This document shows positions 8,858-19,393 of a stretch of 64,000 bases of DNA, in pieces. The notes beneath the pieces are model-generated. The model did no database searches, had not been told where the DNA came from, and saw nothing but the letters and a program-made list of their open reading frames with translations. The position numbers were made by a program, and so were the translations under genes. Origin of the DNA: an uncultured bacterium (GTDB taxonomy: Bacteria > Abyssobacteria > SURF-5); the NCBI GenBank assembly GCA_964607485.1, contig CAZSKP010000018.1, positions 23,538-87,537 on the forward strand. Reading direction: 5' to 3'. Every line of letters begins with the position of its first letter. The first letter of the stretch is position 1.

Positions 8858-9748
8858 TTAACCTAAAGAATAAGTCTTGTCAACCCTTTTCAGCTTGCCC
8901 ATACTGACGAGTCGCCTCAAATGCATTTCAATCATCCAACGGTCATCCCAGTGAAACGGAGCGTCGGGCGCTTTCTGGTTTTGACGGTATATGATTTCGC
9001 GGGACAGGATGTCGTCAAGAGTGCGCGGTCGGGAGAGGAATTCCAGTATCACCCGATCGCGCCGGTGAATGATGTCGGCATAGCTTTTCAACCGCTCGTC
9101 GATGTTCTCGGTGACGACTCCGTCTCCGTGCGATGTGACGACCACTTGCGGCGATAAATTGCGGACGCGTTCGATCGAGGAAAGGAATTGGCCTATGTCG
9201 GAGGTGACGCCGGCGTACCATGGTCCGAATGTGGTGAGGTCTATGTCGCCCAGATAGAGCACGCGCTCCCGGGGAAAGAAGAAACAGCAATGTCCGGCCG
9301 AGTGACCGGGCGTATGCATCACCTGGAGCACGGTATGCCCGAGGTCGATCTCGAATCCGTCGGTGAACGTCCTGTCCACCGTGTACGGCCTGTACCTGCA
9401 CACGTCGAGCAGAAACTTCCGCCAATACTCCATCAGGGCTGAGCTGCTCACGACGGAGAAGCCGCTCATGAAGTCGTCTATCGGGCCGTATCCATGGGCG
9501 TCGAGCTCGTGGACCGCCAGCGTGGCGCCGCTGAAGCAGTAGTTGAACACCCGGTGGTCCTCATGGTAGTGGGTGTTGAGCACGATGTCCGCGCCCTCAG
9601 CGGAAGCTATCCGGCGCATCGCGTCTTCTCCGGAGGCCGGATCAATGATGACCGACACATTGTCCTTGACGTACAGGGAATGGCAGAACGGGTAGCGCCC
9701 GCGGTTTTCCGCTTCGACATAGAAGATGCGGTCGGCGATTTCAATCAT
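8858..9748 (-). CDS. MBL-fold metallo-hydrolase
   Basis: THYHEDH, HTPGHS, GD, SHG motifs. Confidence 0.92.
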   Translation of the reverse strand: MIEIADRIFYVEAENRGRYPFCHSLYVKDNVSVIIDPASGEDAMRRIASAEGADIVLNTHYHEDHRVFNYCFSGATLAVHELDAHGYGPIDDFMSGFSVVSSSALMEYWRKFLLDVCRYRPYTVDRTFTDGFEIDLGHTVLQVMHTPGHSAGHCCFFFPRERVLYLGDIDLTTFGPWYAGVTSDIGQFLSSIERVRNLSPQVVVTSHGDGVVTENIDERLKSYADIIHRRDRVILEFLSRPRTLDDILSREIIYRQNQKAPDAPFHWDDRWMIEMHLRRLVSMGKLKRVDKTYSLG

Positions 9749-9781
9749 TGGCTCGATGGGTCCAGGTATTCCGGCGGGGAA

Positions 9782-10984
9782 TCAAATAATCTTCTCCTCG
9801 GCGAGTCGTTCGATTTCGGCCTCGCTCAATCCGAGTCCCTCGAGCACCTCGCGAGTATGCTGGCCGTATGCGGGCGCGGGCAGCCTGTCCACGCGGCCGG
9901 GTGTGTCCGACAGCTTTATCGGTATGCCCATCGCCCTGGTGGGTCCCTCGGTGGGATGGTCGATCTCGACGATCATCTTGCGATGGAGCATCTGCGGGTC
10001 TCTCATCGCCTCGGCGACCGTGTTGACCTTTTCGATGCAGGTGTCGTGTCCCTCAAACAGCGAGAGCCACTCGTCCATCGTCTTGCTCTTGAATATGTCG
10101 GCGATTTGCTTCTTCAACCCGCCGTTGTTGTGTGTGTCGAGCTGAGTCTCTAGGTCGAGCTGCGCGTCTATCAGGTCTTCGCGTCCGATGAGCCGGCACA
10201 CGTTGGCCCAGAATTTCGGCTCGAGCGCACCGACGGAGAGCGCCCTGCCGTCCTTGGTCTCATATGTGCCGTAGCACACGAGCCCGCCAGCGAGGTCCAC
10301 CTCTCCCCTGTTCTGGAGATCATTCGACACGAAATGTTTGGCGGCCACGTTGGCCATCCACGACGCGACCCCGTCCATCATGGAGATGTCCACGTACTGG
10401 CCCTTGCCGGTGCGCTCGCGGGAATAGAGCGCCATCATTATTCCCAGCGCGGCGAGCATTCCCCCGCCGCCGAAGTCGGCTATCGGAACGCCGGGCACTA
10501 CGGGCGGCCTGTCCTTGAACCCGGTGATGCCGAGTATGCCCGCTATGCCGATGTAGTTGATGTCGTGTCCGGCGCGCTGATTGTAAGGGCCGTCCTGTCC
10601 GTAGCCGGAGATGGAGCAGTAAACGAGCCGGGGGTTTATCTTGCTCATCTGCTCGTAGCCGAGGTCGAGCTTGTCCATCACGCCGGGGCGGAATCCCTCG
10701 ACCAGGACATCATGATGCCTGGCAAGTTCCATCAATATCTGTTTGCCCCGCTCGTGCTTGAGGTTGAGCTTCATGCTTTTCTTGTTGCGATTGACCGCGA
10801 GGAAGTATGCGCTTTCCTCCTTCACTTTCGGCGGAAACCAGCGCACGTAATCGCCTCCGAACGGGTCCTCCACCTTCAGCACTTCGGCTCCCATGTCGGC
10901 CAACAGGAGGGTACAGTATCCGCCCGGCAGCAGGCGGGTGAGGTCGAGCACCTTCAGTCCTTCAAGCGCCAACTTCGGTGACAT
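9782..10984 (-). CDS. Family III CoA-transferase (CaiB/BaiF / alpha-methylacyl-CoA racemase-like)
   Basis: LEGLKVLDLTRLLPG, NRNKKS, FRPGV, GHDINY, IADFGGG. Confidence 0.95.
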   Translation of the reverse strand: MSPKLALEGLKVLDLTRLLPGGYCTLLLADMGAEVLKVEDPFGGDYVRWFPPKVKEESAYFLAVNRNKKSMKLNLKHERGKQILMELARHHDVLVEGFRPGVMDKLDLGYEQMSKINPRLVYCSISGYGQDGPYNQRAGHDINYIGIAGILGITGFKDRPPVVPGVPIADFGGGGMLAALGIMMALYSRERTGKGQYVDISMMDGVASWMANVAAKHFVSNDLQNRGEVDLAGGLVCYGTYETKDGRALSVGALEPKFWANVCRLIGREDLIDAQLDLETQLDTHNNGGLKKQIADIFKSKTMDEWLSLFEGHDTCIEKVNTVAEAMRDPQMLHRKMIVEIDHPTEGPTRAMGIPIKLSDTPGRVDRLPAPAYGQHTREVLEGLGLSEAEIERLAEEKII

Positions 10985-10996
10985 TGCATTTCCTTT

Positions 10997-12529
10997 CTAT
11001 TTGCGTTCCATTTCCTCGACCATCTGTTTCTTCAATTCCTTCTTGCTTACTTTCCCGATGACGTTCTTGGGTATGTAGTCGAGGAACTTGACGTATCTGG
11101 GAATCTTGTAACTGGCCATGTTCTCCTTGCAGAATTGCAGGACGTCTTCGGACGTCAGCGCGCCTTCCTCCCGGGGCACGACGCATACCATCACCTCTTC
11201 GCCGTACTTCTTGTCCGGCACGCCGATGACGGCGACTTCGAGGATTTTCGGATGCGTGTACAGCACATCCTCGAGTTCTTTCGGATAGATGTTCTCGCCG
11301 CCCCGGATCACCATCTCCTTCTTCCGGTCGACGACGTAGAGCGCACCGTCCTCGTCGAGGCGGCCCATGTCACCCGAGTGCAGCCATCCGCCCCGCAGGG
11401 CGAGGGCCGTCTCTTCCGGCTTGTTCCAGTACTCCTTCATCACGCCGTCGCTGCGGATGACGATTTCTCCGACCTCTCCGGTGGACAGCTCGCGGTCGTC
11501 CTCGTCGAATATCTTCATCTCAGCCCCCTCGAAAGCCACACCGGCGGAACCGATCTTGTGCGGTCCTCCGGGGGGCGTGAGGCAGGTTCCCCCGCTGCTC
11601 TCGGTCAGCCCGTATCCCTCCATCACTCTCATGTTGTACCTTTTCTCGAACTCTTTTATCAGCTCGATGGGCGTGGGCGCCGCGCCTATCACGCCGAAGC
11701 GAAGCGACGACGCATCGACCACATTGGAATCTTCGAGCTGAAGCAGGATGTGGTATATCGTGGGGACGCCGAAAATTCCGGTCACGCGATATTGCTCGAC
11801 GCATCCCCAGAATTCCGTCGCCGAGAAGTTTTTCCTCAGAACGATTGTGGCGCCCGCATACAGGCAGGGCATGCTCAAATCCAGCAGGCCGGCGCCGTGG
11901 AAGAGCGGAAGAACGCAGAGGGCCCTGTCGGTGTCGGTGACCTCGGCGGCCCGGGACTTTGCCATTCCGGCGAAGGTGACGTTCCTGTGCGTGAGCAGCG
12001 CGCCCTTGGGCTTTCCCGTCGTGCCCGAGGTGTACAGGATGGCGCAGGGCGAGTCGGGAGCTATGCGGTGAGCGCTCGGCGCCTCCTCGGCGGATGACAG
12101 TATCTCGTTGAGCTTCGCCGCCCCGGCCAGCGGGTGCTCCATCTCATTTACGATCAGGCGCTTCACGCCCGTCCGGCCCGCGAGCGCCTCGACGTGGTAC
12201 ATGTAATCGCCGTCCACGAAAAATACGCGCGTGCCCGAATCGTTCAGCAGGTATTCGACCTCGTTGGTCTGCCACCAGCAGTTCACGGGCCCGGCCACCG
12301 CCCCGGCTTTCTGGATTCCGAAGAATACGATATAGAATTCGGGCGAATTGTTCATCATCATGGAAACTATCTCGCCCTCTTTGACGCCCATCAGGCCCAG
12401 CGCGGCCGCAACGCGGTCGCTGCCCTCGTCGAGGTCGCGATAGCTGACCGTCCTGTCGTAGAAGAGTATGGCGGGCTTGTCGCCGTATTTCGACGCGTTC
12501 GTCCGGAGCATCTCGGGAGTGGTCTTCAT
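10997..12529 (-). CDS. Long-chain fatty acid-CoA ligase / AMP-binding enzyme
   Basis: YTSGTTGKPKG, EGYGLTE, HSGDMG, GGENIYP. Confidence 0.93.
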   Translation of the reverse strand: MKTTPEMLRTNASKYGDKPAILFYDRTVSYRDLDEGSDRVAAALGLMGVKEGEIVSMMMNNSPEFYIVFFGIQKAGAVAGPVNCWWQTNEVEYLLNDSGTRVFFVDGDYMYHVEALAGRTGVKRLIVNEMEHPLAGAAKLNEILSSAEEAPSAHRIAPDSPCAILYTSGTTGKPKGALLTHRNVTFAGMAKSRAAEVTDTDRALCVLPLFHGAGLLDLSMPCLYAGATIVLRKNFSATEFWGCVEQYRVTGIFGVPTIYHILLQLEDSNVVDASSLRFGVIGAAPTPIELIKEFEKRYNMRVMEGYGLTESSGGTCLTPPGGPHKIGSAGVAFEGAEMKIFDEDDRELSTGEVGEIVIRSDGVMKEYWNKPEETALALRGGWLHSGDMGRLDEDGALYVVDRKKEMVIRGGENIYPKELEDVLYTHPKILEVAVIGVPDKKYGEEVMVCVVPREEGALTSEDVLQFCKENMASYKIPRYVKFLDYIPKNVIGKVSKKELKKQMVEEMERK

Positions 12530-12580
12530 GGCTGTTTTCTTTCCCTTAGTGTGGTTGGCTTCGATGTATTGAGCGATGGA

Positions 12581-12886
12581 TCAACCGGTGGGAGCGTCGG
12601 TTGACCGATAAGCCTCTTCCGCCATTTCAAGCATTGCGTCGAGCCGATGCGACAACTTCTTCGAGACCTCGTCTTTTTCCTCGCGAAGTCTGAACAATTC
12701 GTCGGCAATGTTGAAAGCTGCGAGCGTGATGGCCTTGGTCGGCGATGTTATCTTGCCCGACGACGCGATCTTCTGTATCTGTTCATCGACGAATCCGGCG
12801 AGCTCGTTTATGTACTTCGGATCGTCCGTCTTGAAACTGAATTCGGTTCCATAAATAATGACTTTCACGGTTGTCTGGGGGCTCAT
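12581..12886 (-). CDS. zapA: Cell division protein ZapA
   Basis: VIIYGTEF..., LAAFNIADEL motif; conserved position downstream of pheT. Confidence 0.88.
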   Translation of the reverse strand: MSPQTTVKVIIYGTEFSFKTDDPKYINELAGFVDEQIQKIASSGKITSPTKAITLAAFNIADELFRLREEKDEVSKKLSHRLDAMLEMAEEAYRSTDAPTG

Positions 12887-13167
12887 TTCTTGTCCTCCCC
12901 CTTGAGGGCGCGCACTTTCTTCAGCAGCTTCTCTACTTCTTTGCGGATGCGTTCGCGCTGCTGCTCCATCTTCTTCCTCTCGGCCTGCGTCTCCATCAGC
13001 ACCGAGCCGTGCTCCTCGAGCACTTCGAGCCGTCGGCTCTTTTCCAGCAGGTCGTTGAGCAGGTTTTCATTTTGCCGGCGCAGCTCATCGTTCTTTTCGC
13101 ATGCATTCCGAAAGTCCGCTATCAACCGCTCCATCTGCCCTTGGAGTCGCGCCAGCTTGTCTTCCAT
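12883..13167 (-). CDS. Coiled-coil protein, ZapB-like
   Basis: 94-aa all-helical heptad pattern between pheT and zapA, overlapping the zapA start. Confidence 0.7.
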   Translation of the reverse strand: MEDKLARLQGQMERLIADFRNACEKNDELRRQNENLLNDLLEKSRRLEVLEEHGSVLMETQAERKKMEQQRERIRKEVEKLLKKVRALKGEDKK

Positions 13168-13173
13168 CGTTTA

Positions 13174-15582
13174 TCACGACCTCAGCTTCGCATCGAACCG
13201 CCCCTCGAGCTCTGCAACGATTCTCTCCATGGCGGCGGTGATTTCCTCGTCGGTCAGCGTGCGCTCGTCGCTCTGGAATCTGAGGCCGAACGCCAGGCTT
13301 TTCTTGCCTTCGGCCACCTGCTTTCCGCGGTACACGTCGAACAGGAGCACGCGCCTGAGTATCTCGCCCCCGGCTGCGATTATCGCCGAGTTGAGCGCTG
13401 CCGCCTCGACGGCTTCGTCCACGACCACGGCCAAATCGCGGTCGGAGTATGGGAAACGGGAGAGCTTCTCATATCGACGCGCGGCTGCTGGCCGGGGTTC
13501 GAGCGCGGAGAGGTCTATCTCAAACAGAGAGACCTGTTGCTCGATTTCATATTTCTGCAGAAGGCGGGGATGGACGCTGCCGATCCTGCCGATGGGTTTC
13601 CCGCCCACCACAATGTCGGCGCAGACGCCAGGGTGAAAACATGGATATGACGCCTTCACCGTCTCGGGCGCGGCACAGCCCATCGATTCCAGAAGCGTCT
13701 CGGCGACGCCTTTCATATCGAAGAAGTCGACCTCCGTGGGCTGGTTCCTCCAGCTCACCGGACGCGAGCGGCCGGTGGCCGCGGCGCAGACGAACGCGCG
13801 CTCATCCGGCAGAGGCTCCTTCGGGGCGGGCCGGTACACTTTGCCCGCCTCGAAAAGTTTCAGGTTCTTGTTGCCCGCGTTGATGTTGTTTCGCAGGCTC
13901 TGAAGCAGGCCTGGAACGAGAGACGTGCGCATCACGCTTTCGTCCTCGGCCAGAGGGTTCTTCATCTTTATCGGCTCGATGTGAGGCTCAATCCGGCCGT
14001 CGGAGAAGTCCACCATATCTGCGGGCGAGCCAAAGCTGAACGTTATGACCTCCGAAAAACCGCAACTCCTGAGAACGGCCCTGCACTCGTCCTCGCGCGG
14101 GCGAGGCTGCACGCCGCGCTCGATTGCCGTGCTGTCTTGCGGGTACGTGGCCGGGATGTTGTCGTAGCCATACACGCGCGCAACTTCCTCGATGAGGTCG
14201 ATTTCGGCGCCGACGTCGGGCCGGTGGCTGGGCACGCCGACGCGCACCGTCTCGACATCCTTGGAGATGATGTTGAAGCCGAGCGAAGACAGGATAGATG
14301 CCGCAGTGTCCAGAGGTATCTCGACTCCCAGTATCCTCTTGATGCGACTGTGCCTCAGGTCGATTTCCAGAGGGGCGAATGTGCGCGGATATTGGTCGAT
14401 CCGACCGGGGGCTACCTTTCCACCGGCGAGCTCGGCCATCAGCACGGCCGCGCGGTCGAGGGCGAGGGTAACCATTTCATAGTCCGCCCCCCGCTCGAAC
14501 CGGTAGGACGCCTCGGTTGAAAGGCCGAGCGCCTTCGACGTCCTCCTGACGCTGACCGGGTCGAAATAGGCGGATTCGATGAGCACGCTCTTCGTCTGGT
14601 CGGTCACCTCGGAGTTGGCGCCCCCCATGACGCCCGCTATCGCGACCGGTTTTTCGGCGTCGGCAATGACGAGCATGTCTTCGGAAAGGTCGCGGCCGGC
14701 GCCGTCGAGGGTGACGATGGATTCGTCCTTGCGCGCGCGTCTCACGACGATTTTGTTCTCGTCGAGCTTATGGTAATCGAACGCGTGGAGCGGATGTCCG
14801 AGTTCGATGAGGACATAGTTGGTCACATCCACGACGTTATTGAGAGGCCGAAGCCCGGCCTTCAGGAGCCTCTGCTGCATCCACGCCGGCGAAGGGCCGA
14901 TAGTGACATCGGAGACGATACGCGCCGCATAACGGGGGCAGCCGGTGTCGTCGTCAATGGTGATAGAGGTCAACGAGGCCGTGTCGGGGCCGGCTTCGGG
15001 CACGTCCACCTGTGGAGGTCGTATCTGTTCGCGAGCCAGCGCTGCCACCTCGCGGGCAACGCCCAGCATGCTGAGGCAATCGGGCCGGTTGGGGGTGATG
15101 CCCAGTTCCAACACGACGTCGGCGAGGCCCAGCGCCTCCTCCAGGCTCGCGCCCAGGGGGACATCGGGCGGGAGAATCATTATGCCGGAATGATCTTCGC
15201 TGAGTCCGAGTTCGCGTTCGGAGCACATCATTCCCTCGGACACCTGGCCGCGAATCTTCGTCTTCTTGACTTTCATCCCGCCGGCAAGCGTGGCGCCCAC
15301 TACCGCGACCGCAACCCTGTCCCCCTCCTTCATGTTGGACGCGCCGCAGACGATATGGGCGGGGGATGGCCGGCCGAAATCGACATCGCAAAGCACGAGC
15401 TTGTCGGCGTTGGGATGGGCGGATATTTTGAGTATGCGCCCGACGACGACCTTATCGAATTCGGGCCTCACATGCTCGACGGCCTCCACCTCCGTGCCCG
15501 CCATCGTCAGCATGCGGGTGAGTTCGTCCGGCGGGAGGTCAACCGGAACGAATTCTTTCAGCCAGTCGAGCGAAACGCGCAT
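13174..15582 (-). CDS. pheT: Phenylalanine-tRNA ligase beta subunit
   Basis: HPNADKL, ITPNRPDCLS, DLIEEVAR, C-terminal FDX-ACB domain; follows pheS. Confidence 0.99.
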   Translation of the reverse strand: MRVSLDWLKEFVPVDLPPDELTRMLTMAGTEVEAVEHVRPEFDKVVVGRILKISAHPNADKLVLCDVDFGRPSPAHIVCGASNMKEGDRVAVAVVGATLAGGMKVKKTKIRGQVSEGMMCSERELGLSEDHSGIMILPPDVPLGASLEEALGLADVVLELGITPNRPDCLSMLGVAREVAALAREQIRPPQVDVPEAGPDTASLTSITIDDDTGCPRYAARIVSDVTIGPSPAWMQQRLLKAGLRPLNNVVDVTNYVLIELGHPLHAFDYHKLDENKIVVRRARKDESIVTLDGAGRDLSEDMLVIADAEKPVAIAGVMGGANSEVTDQTKSVLIESAYFDPVSVRRTSKALGLSTEASYRFERGADYEMVTLALDRAAVLMAELAGGKVAPGRIDQYPRTFAPLEIDLRHSRIKRILGVEIPLDTAASILSSLGFNIISKDVETVRVGVPSHRPDVGAEIDLIEEVARVYGYDNIPATYPQDSTAIERGVQPRPREDECRAVLRSCGFSEVITFSFGSPADMVDFSDGRIEPHIEPIKMKNPLAEDESVMRTSLVPGLLQSLRNNINAGNKNLKLFEAGKVYRPAPKEPLPDERAFVCAAATGRSRPVSWRNQPTEVDFFDMKGVAETLLESMGCAAPETVKASYPCFHPGVCADIVVGGKPIGRIGSVHPRLLQKYEIEQQVSLFEIDLSALEPRPAAARRYEKLSRFPYSDRDLAVVVDEAVEAAALNSAIIAAGGEILRRVLLFDVYRGKQVAEGKKSLAFGLRFQSDERTLTDEEITAAMERIVAELEGRFDAKLRS

Positions 15583-15634
15583 TATTCAGATCTTCCCGAG
15601 GACCGTGTGAGCTCCTCCTCGGTGACGCGGTGAA

Positions 15635-16651
15635 TCAGAACTGCTCAAGGAACCTGATATTGTTTTCGTAGAGCATTCGGATGTCTTCGACGCCGTATTT
15701 GAGCATGGCCAGTCTGTCGACGCCCATGCCGAACGCGAACCCCGTGTACTGCTCGGAGTCGTACCCGACGGCCTCGAATACCTTCGGATGTATCATTCCT
15801 GCTCCCAATATCTCCAGCCAGCCCGTCTGGGAGCAGGTTCGGCAGCCAGCGCCGCCGCAGATGACGCAGCGGATGTCCACCTCGGCGCTCGGCTCGGTGA
15901 ACGGGAAGAAGCTCGCACGGAATCGAAGCTCCGTCTGCGGGCCGTAGAGCCTGTGGATAAACGCCTCCAATACCCCTTTCAGGTCGCCCAAGGTGATATT
16001 CTCGTCCACCGCGAAGCCCTCGACCTGGTGAAACATGGGGCTGTGCGTGACATCGTCGTCGCGGCGATATACCTTTCCCGGAGCGATTATCCTCAGGGGC
16101 GGTTTCTGGGACGACATCACTCGTATCTGAACGGGCGACGTATGGGTCCGGAGCAGAATCTCGTCGTTTATGTAGAAGGTATCCTGCATGTCCCGCGCCG
16201 GATGGTCCTTGGGCATGTTGAGCGCCTCGAAGTTATTGTATTCGGTTTCGACGTCGGGCCCGGTGGCCACCTGAAAGCCGAGGCCCTCGAATATCACCCG
16301 TATCTGCTCGAGCACGAGGGTGACGGGGTGAAGATGGCCGACCTCGGGCTTGACGCCGGGCAGCGTGACATCGACACTTTCGGTCTCGAGCCTCTTCTCG
16401 GTTTCGGCTTTCTCGAACCTCGCGCGTTTCGAGTCGATGGTCTGCTGGATTTGGGTCTTCAGCTCGTTTGCGAGCTTGCCGAAGCCAGCGCGCTCCTCCT
16501 GAGGGAGCGAGCCCGTCTGACGAAGCAGCCCGGTGACGGCTCCCTTTCGGCCGAGGTATTCCACCTGAATCTGCGTGAGCTGGGAGAGGTCGGGGCACTT
16601 CTCTATCCTCTCGAAGGCTTCGGCTCTTATCTTTTCCAGCTGTTCTTTCAT
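15635..16651 (-). CDS. pheS: Phenylalanine-tRNA ligase alpha subunit
   Basis: HPARDMQDTFY, LRTHTSPVQ, FPFTEPS, GFAFGMG. Confidence 0.99.
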   Translation of the reverse strand: MKEQLEKIRAEAFERIEKCPDLSQLTQIQVEYLGRKGAVTGLLRQTGSLPQEERAGFGKLANELKTQIQQTIDSKRARFEKAETEKRLETESVDVTLPGVKPEVGHLHPVTLVLEQIRVIFEGLGFQVATGPDVETEYNNFEALNMPKDHPARDMQDTFYINDEILLRTHTSPVQIRVMSSQKPPLRIIAPGKVYRRDDDVTHSPMFHQVEGFAVDENITLGDLKGVLEAFIHRLYGPQTELRFRASFFPFTEPSAEVDIRCVICGGAGCRTCSQTGWLEILGAGMIHPKVFEAVGYDSEQYTGFAFGMGVDRLAMLKYGVEDIRMLYENNIRFLEQF

Positions 16652-16668
16652 TTAGAAAATCCGCCGCC

Positions 16669-17349
16669 TCATTCCGCAAATACCGCGGAGCCGATTCGGA
16701 GCATCGTCGAGCCTTCTTCTACGGCCACCTCGAAATCGTTGCTCATGCCCATCGAGAGCGTCTGGAAGCTCGCCCCTTCGATGTCCTTTTCCCGAAGCCC
16801 CTCGGCCAATTCGCGCAGCCGTCTGAACGCGGGCCGGGCCTCCTCGGGGTCGGGCACGAACGCGGCCATCGTCATCAATCCCTCGATGCGCAGGTTCTGC
16901 ATGGAGGCGATCTCGCGTATCAGAGGCTCGGCTTCATCCGGAGAGACGCCGTGCTTTTGTTCTTCACCCGAGGTGTTGACCTCGACGAGGATAGGCATGG
17001 AGCGGCCTGCTTCGGCGCATCTCTTCTGCAGCGCCCCGGCGGTGGAGACGCTGTCAACGGACTGGACCATGTCGAACAGTTCGACGGCCTGTTTCGCCTT
17101 GCGCGATTGCAGATGGCCGACCATGTGCCATTGCACCGCCCGGCCTATCTGGGGTTGTTTCGCCGACGCCTCGCGCACCCTGTTTTCTCCGATGATGCCG
17201 ACGCCGCAGTCGATTGCCTCTTTTATCTTGTCGATTCCCACGGTTTTGGTCACGACGACGAGCGTTGTTTCGGCCGGGTCTCGGCCGGCCCGTTCGGCGG
17301 CCCGTCCGATTCGCTCGCGGACGCGCATGAGATTCTTCCTGATACTCAT
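16669..17349 (-). CDS. yggS: PLP homeostasis protein YggS
   Basis: VVTK, GENRVRE, WHMVGHLQ, LSMGMSNDF, RIGSAVF; start trimmed to MSIRKNL. Confidence 0.95.
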   Translation of the reverse strand: MSIRKNLMRVRERIGRAAERAGRDPAETTLVVVTKTVGIDKIKEAIDCGVGIIGENRVREASAKQPQIGRAVQWHMVGHLQSRKAKQAVELFDMVQSVDSVSTAGALQKRCAEAGRSMPILVEVNTSGEEQKHGVSPDEAEPLIREIASMQNLRIEGLMTMAAFVPDPEEARPAFRRLRELAEGLREKDIEGASFQTLSMGMSNDFEVAVEEGSTMLRIGSAVFAE

Positions 17350-17509
17350 CGTCGATTGACGTTTGACGCACGGAGACATCGCTGAGAAGCGCGGGCCGAC
17401 GTATCCGCCCGGAGTTCGAAGCATGGCCCGCTTTTTCGAGTTCGACTATGTGCAGCAGGCATTGAGACCGGGGTCGTTTCAGCTTCGTTCCGAATCGGTC
17501 TGATCAGAC

Positions 17510-18589
17510 TCATTGGGAGGCGTTTTGCATTCGTTTCAACTTCACTTTGAGACGTATGACTTCCTTGGGGGCTACGACATCGCCCTCGTCGTCCTCTTTG
17601 AGGAATTCCCAGACTTTGAGAGCCTCCTTCAGCTTGCCTTCCTCTTCGAGCTTCCGCGCCTCCAGCTTCTTTCGGAGCCGGGCGATCGACCGTTTCTGCA
17701 TTATGTACTTGGGAAACCTGCGGTCGTAGTCCTCGAACACTGCGAGTGCCTTTTCCTCGTCGGGCAGTCGCTCCAGAGCGAGCGCATAGGCGCGTTCGAC
17801 CCATGGCTCATGCTCGTAGTTGGTCGCCTCTCCGAGGTAATAGGCCGCTTTTTCCCAATCGTTCAGCTTGCGGAAATATATCGTGAAGCCGAGTTCCGAG
17901 TAAAGCTTGGAGCTGCGGGGATTATTCTTGATACCCTTCTCCAGAAATTCTACGCCCTTGTCGATGTATATTTGCTTTTCTTCCGCCGTATGGAACATCA
18001 TCGCCACGTTATATGCGAGATGCCAGGCCCCAAGGGAGTAAGCCTCTATGAAATGAGGGTCGAGCGCGACGACCGTCTCCATCATTGGCAGCATCCGCTG
18101 GACGAGTCCCCGGTGCCAGTACTCGTCGAACTTGAGCCACAGCATATCCGCAACAAGCTTGCGGAACCCGAGGACCAAGGCTCCCACGTTGGCGCTCACG
18201 TCGGGATTCGCCCATTCGATTCCTCCCTCGATCAGCGTGACTTTGGACTGTCTGACCAAGTCCAGGAATTGCTGATACAGCCGTCCGAATTGGGGATTGT
18301 TTATCACGCGCCACTTGGCGTCGACCGAGAGATTCTCAAAATCCGGATCGAGCGAGTCGCCGACCTCTTCGACACGCTCGAACAGGGCGACCTCCTCCGG
18401 AGCGCGGTCGTCGTTCCCCTTGACGACCCGCTGCAGTACCTGTTGCTGTACGGCCTCCTGGTTGTCGATCCACTTGAGGAACACAACCTTGGCTTGGTCG
18501 TTGTCAATGCCTGTCTGCAGGATGGAGATGGGGATCAGAAACGCGAGGGCGAGGGCGCCGAAAACTAACCGTTCCTTCCATTTACTCAT
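17510..18589 (-). CDS. Membrane-anchored TPR-like protein linked to ABC transporter
   Basis: N-terminal TM then helical repeats (LDPHFIEAY, LEKGIKNNP); co-oriented 6 bp after the permease. Confidence 0.7.
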   Translation of the reverse strand: MSKWKERLVFGALALAFLIPISILQTGIDNDQAKVVFLKWIDNQEAVQQQVLQRVVKGNDDRAPEEVALFERVEEVGDSLDPDFENLSVDAKWRVINNPQFGRLYQQFLDLVRQSKVTLIEGGIEWANPDVSANVGALVLGFRKLVADMLWLKFDEYWHRGLVQRMLPMMETVVALDPHFIEAYSLGAWHLAYNVAMMFHTAEEKQIYIDKGVEFLEKGIKNNPRSSKLYSELGFTIYFRKLNDWEKAAYYLGEATNYEHEPWVERAYALALERLPDEEKALAVFEDYDRRFPKYIMQKRSIARLRKKLEARKLEEEGKLKEALKVWEFLKEDDEGDVVAPKEVIRLKVKLKRMQNASQ

Positions 18590-18595
18590 GTCAGG

Positions 18596-19393
18596 TCACA
18601 TATCCTTCTTTCTGAACAAAATGTATCCGATCAGCAGGCCGAAGCCGGCGTACAAGAGGGCATATATGAATAATTTCGTCATTCCCTGGGGCACGTATGG
18701 GTCGTCGTGTATGAGCTGATTCCGCAGGTAGAAGTTGCTGAAGTTGGGGAGGATCAGGTAAAACACCCTGATGATGGTCGACATCAGGTCCGAGGCGGCA
18801 TGTTCGCTCAGGTTTCTCAGGTAGTTGACCGAATGACCGACGATGTAGATGAATATTCCGACTATGACCGGGAGCGTCGCCGAAGTGGACAGCGTGGACA
18901 CCGCGAGTGCGAGGGCGGAAAGCACGAACAACTCGAAGTAGACGAGGAGCATCGCCTTGAACGTCACGAAGGCGGTCAGGGAAAAGGTGACTCCGGTCTC
19001 TTCTATGTATCGCCTTGGCTGCAGATAGAGGATGACCAGGAACAGTATTGACATCAAGACGATGTTCAGGATAATGGTGAGCTGGGCGCCGAGGTATTTC
19101 CCCAGCAGGTAAGTGATGCGCTTCATTGGCTTCGACAAAATCGTGTGGATGGTCCTGTTCTCGGTTTCCACGGGAATCAGGGCGCCCGCCGCGAACACCG
19201 CGATGAGCATTCCGAAAAAGGATATTGCGCTGAGGCACACGTCCTTCACCATCTTGACTTCTTCGCCGGGCGAAAGCACCGTCAGGAACGTGGAGCTCCC
19301 TATGATAAGCATTGCGAACAGCAGAAACGCAATGAGGGTTTTCCTCCTTATCGATTCACGGTAAGCGTTGAGCCCTATAACTATCGAATTCAC
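18596..19393 (-). CDS. ABC-2 type transporter permease
   Basis: Multi-TM; ETENRTIHTILSKPMKR...LLGKYLG; ends FRKKDM. Confidence 0.9.
   Translation of the reverse strand: MNSIVIGLNAYRESIRRKTLIAFLLFAMLIIGSSTFLTVLSPGEEVKMVKDVCLSAISFFGMLIAVFAAGALIPVETENRTIHTILSKPMKRITYLLGKYLGAQLTIILNIVLMSILFLVILYLQPRRYIEETGVTFSLTAFVTFKAMLLVYFELFVLSALALAVSTLSTSATLPVIVGIFIYIVGHSVNYLRNLSEHAASDLMSTIIRVFYLILPNFSNFYLRNQLIHDDPYVPQGMTKLFIYALLYAGFGLLIGYILFRKKDM

Noticed and set aside
12530-12580. Expected 6S RNA downstream of zapA
   Set aside because: Only 51 bp before the next gene; no room and no matching structure
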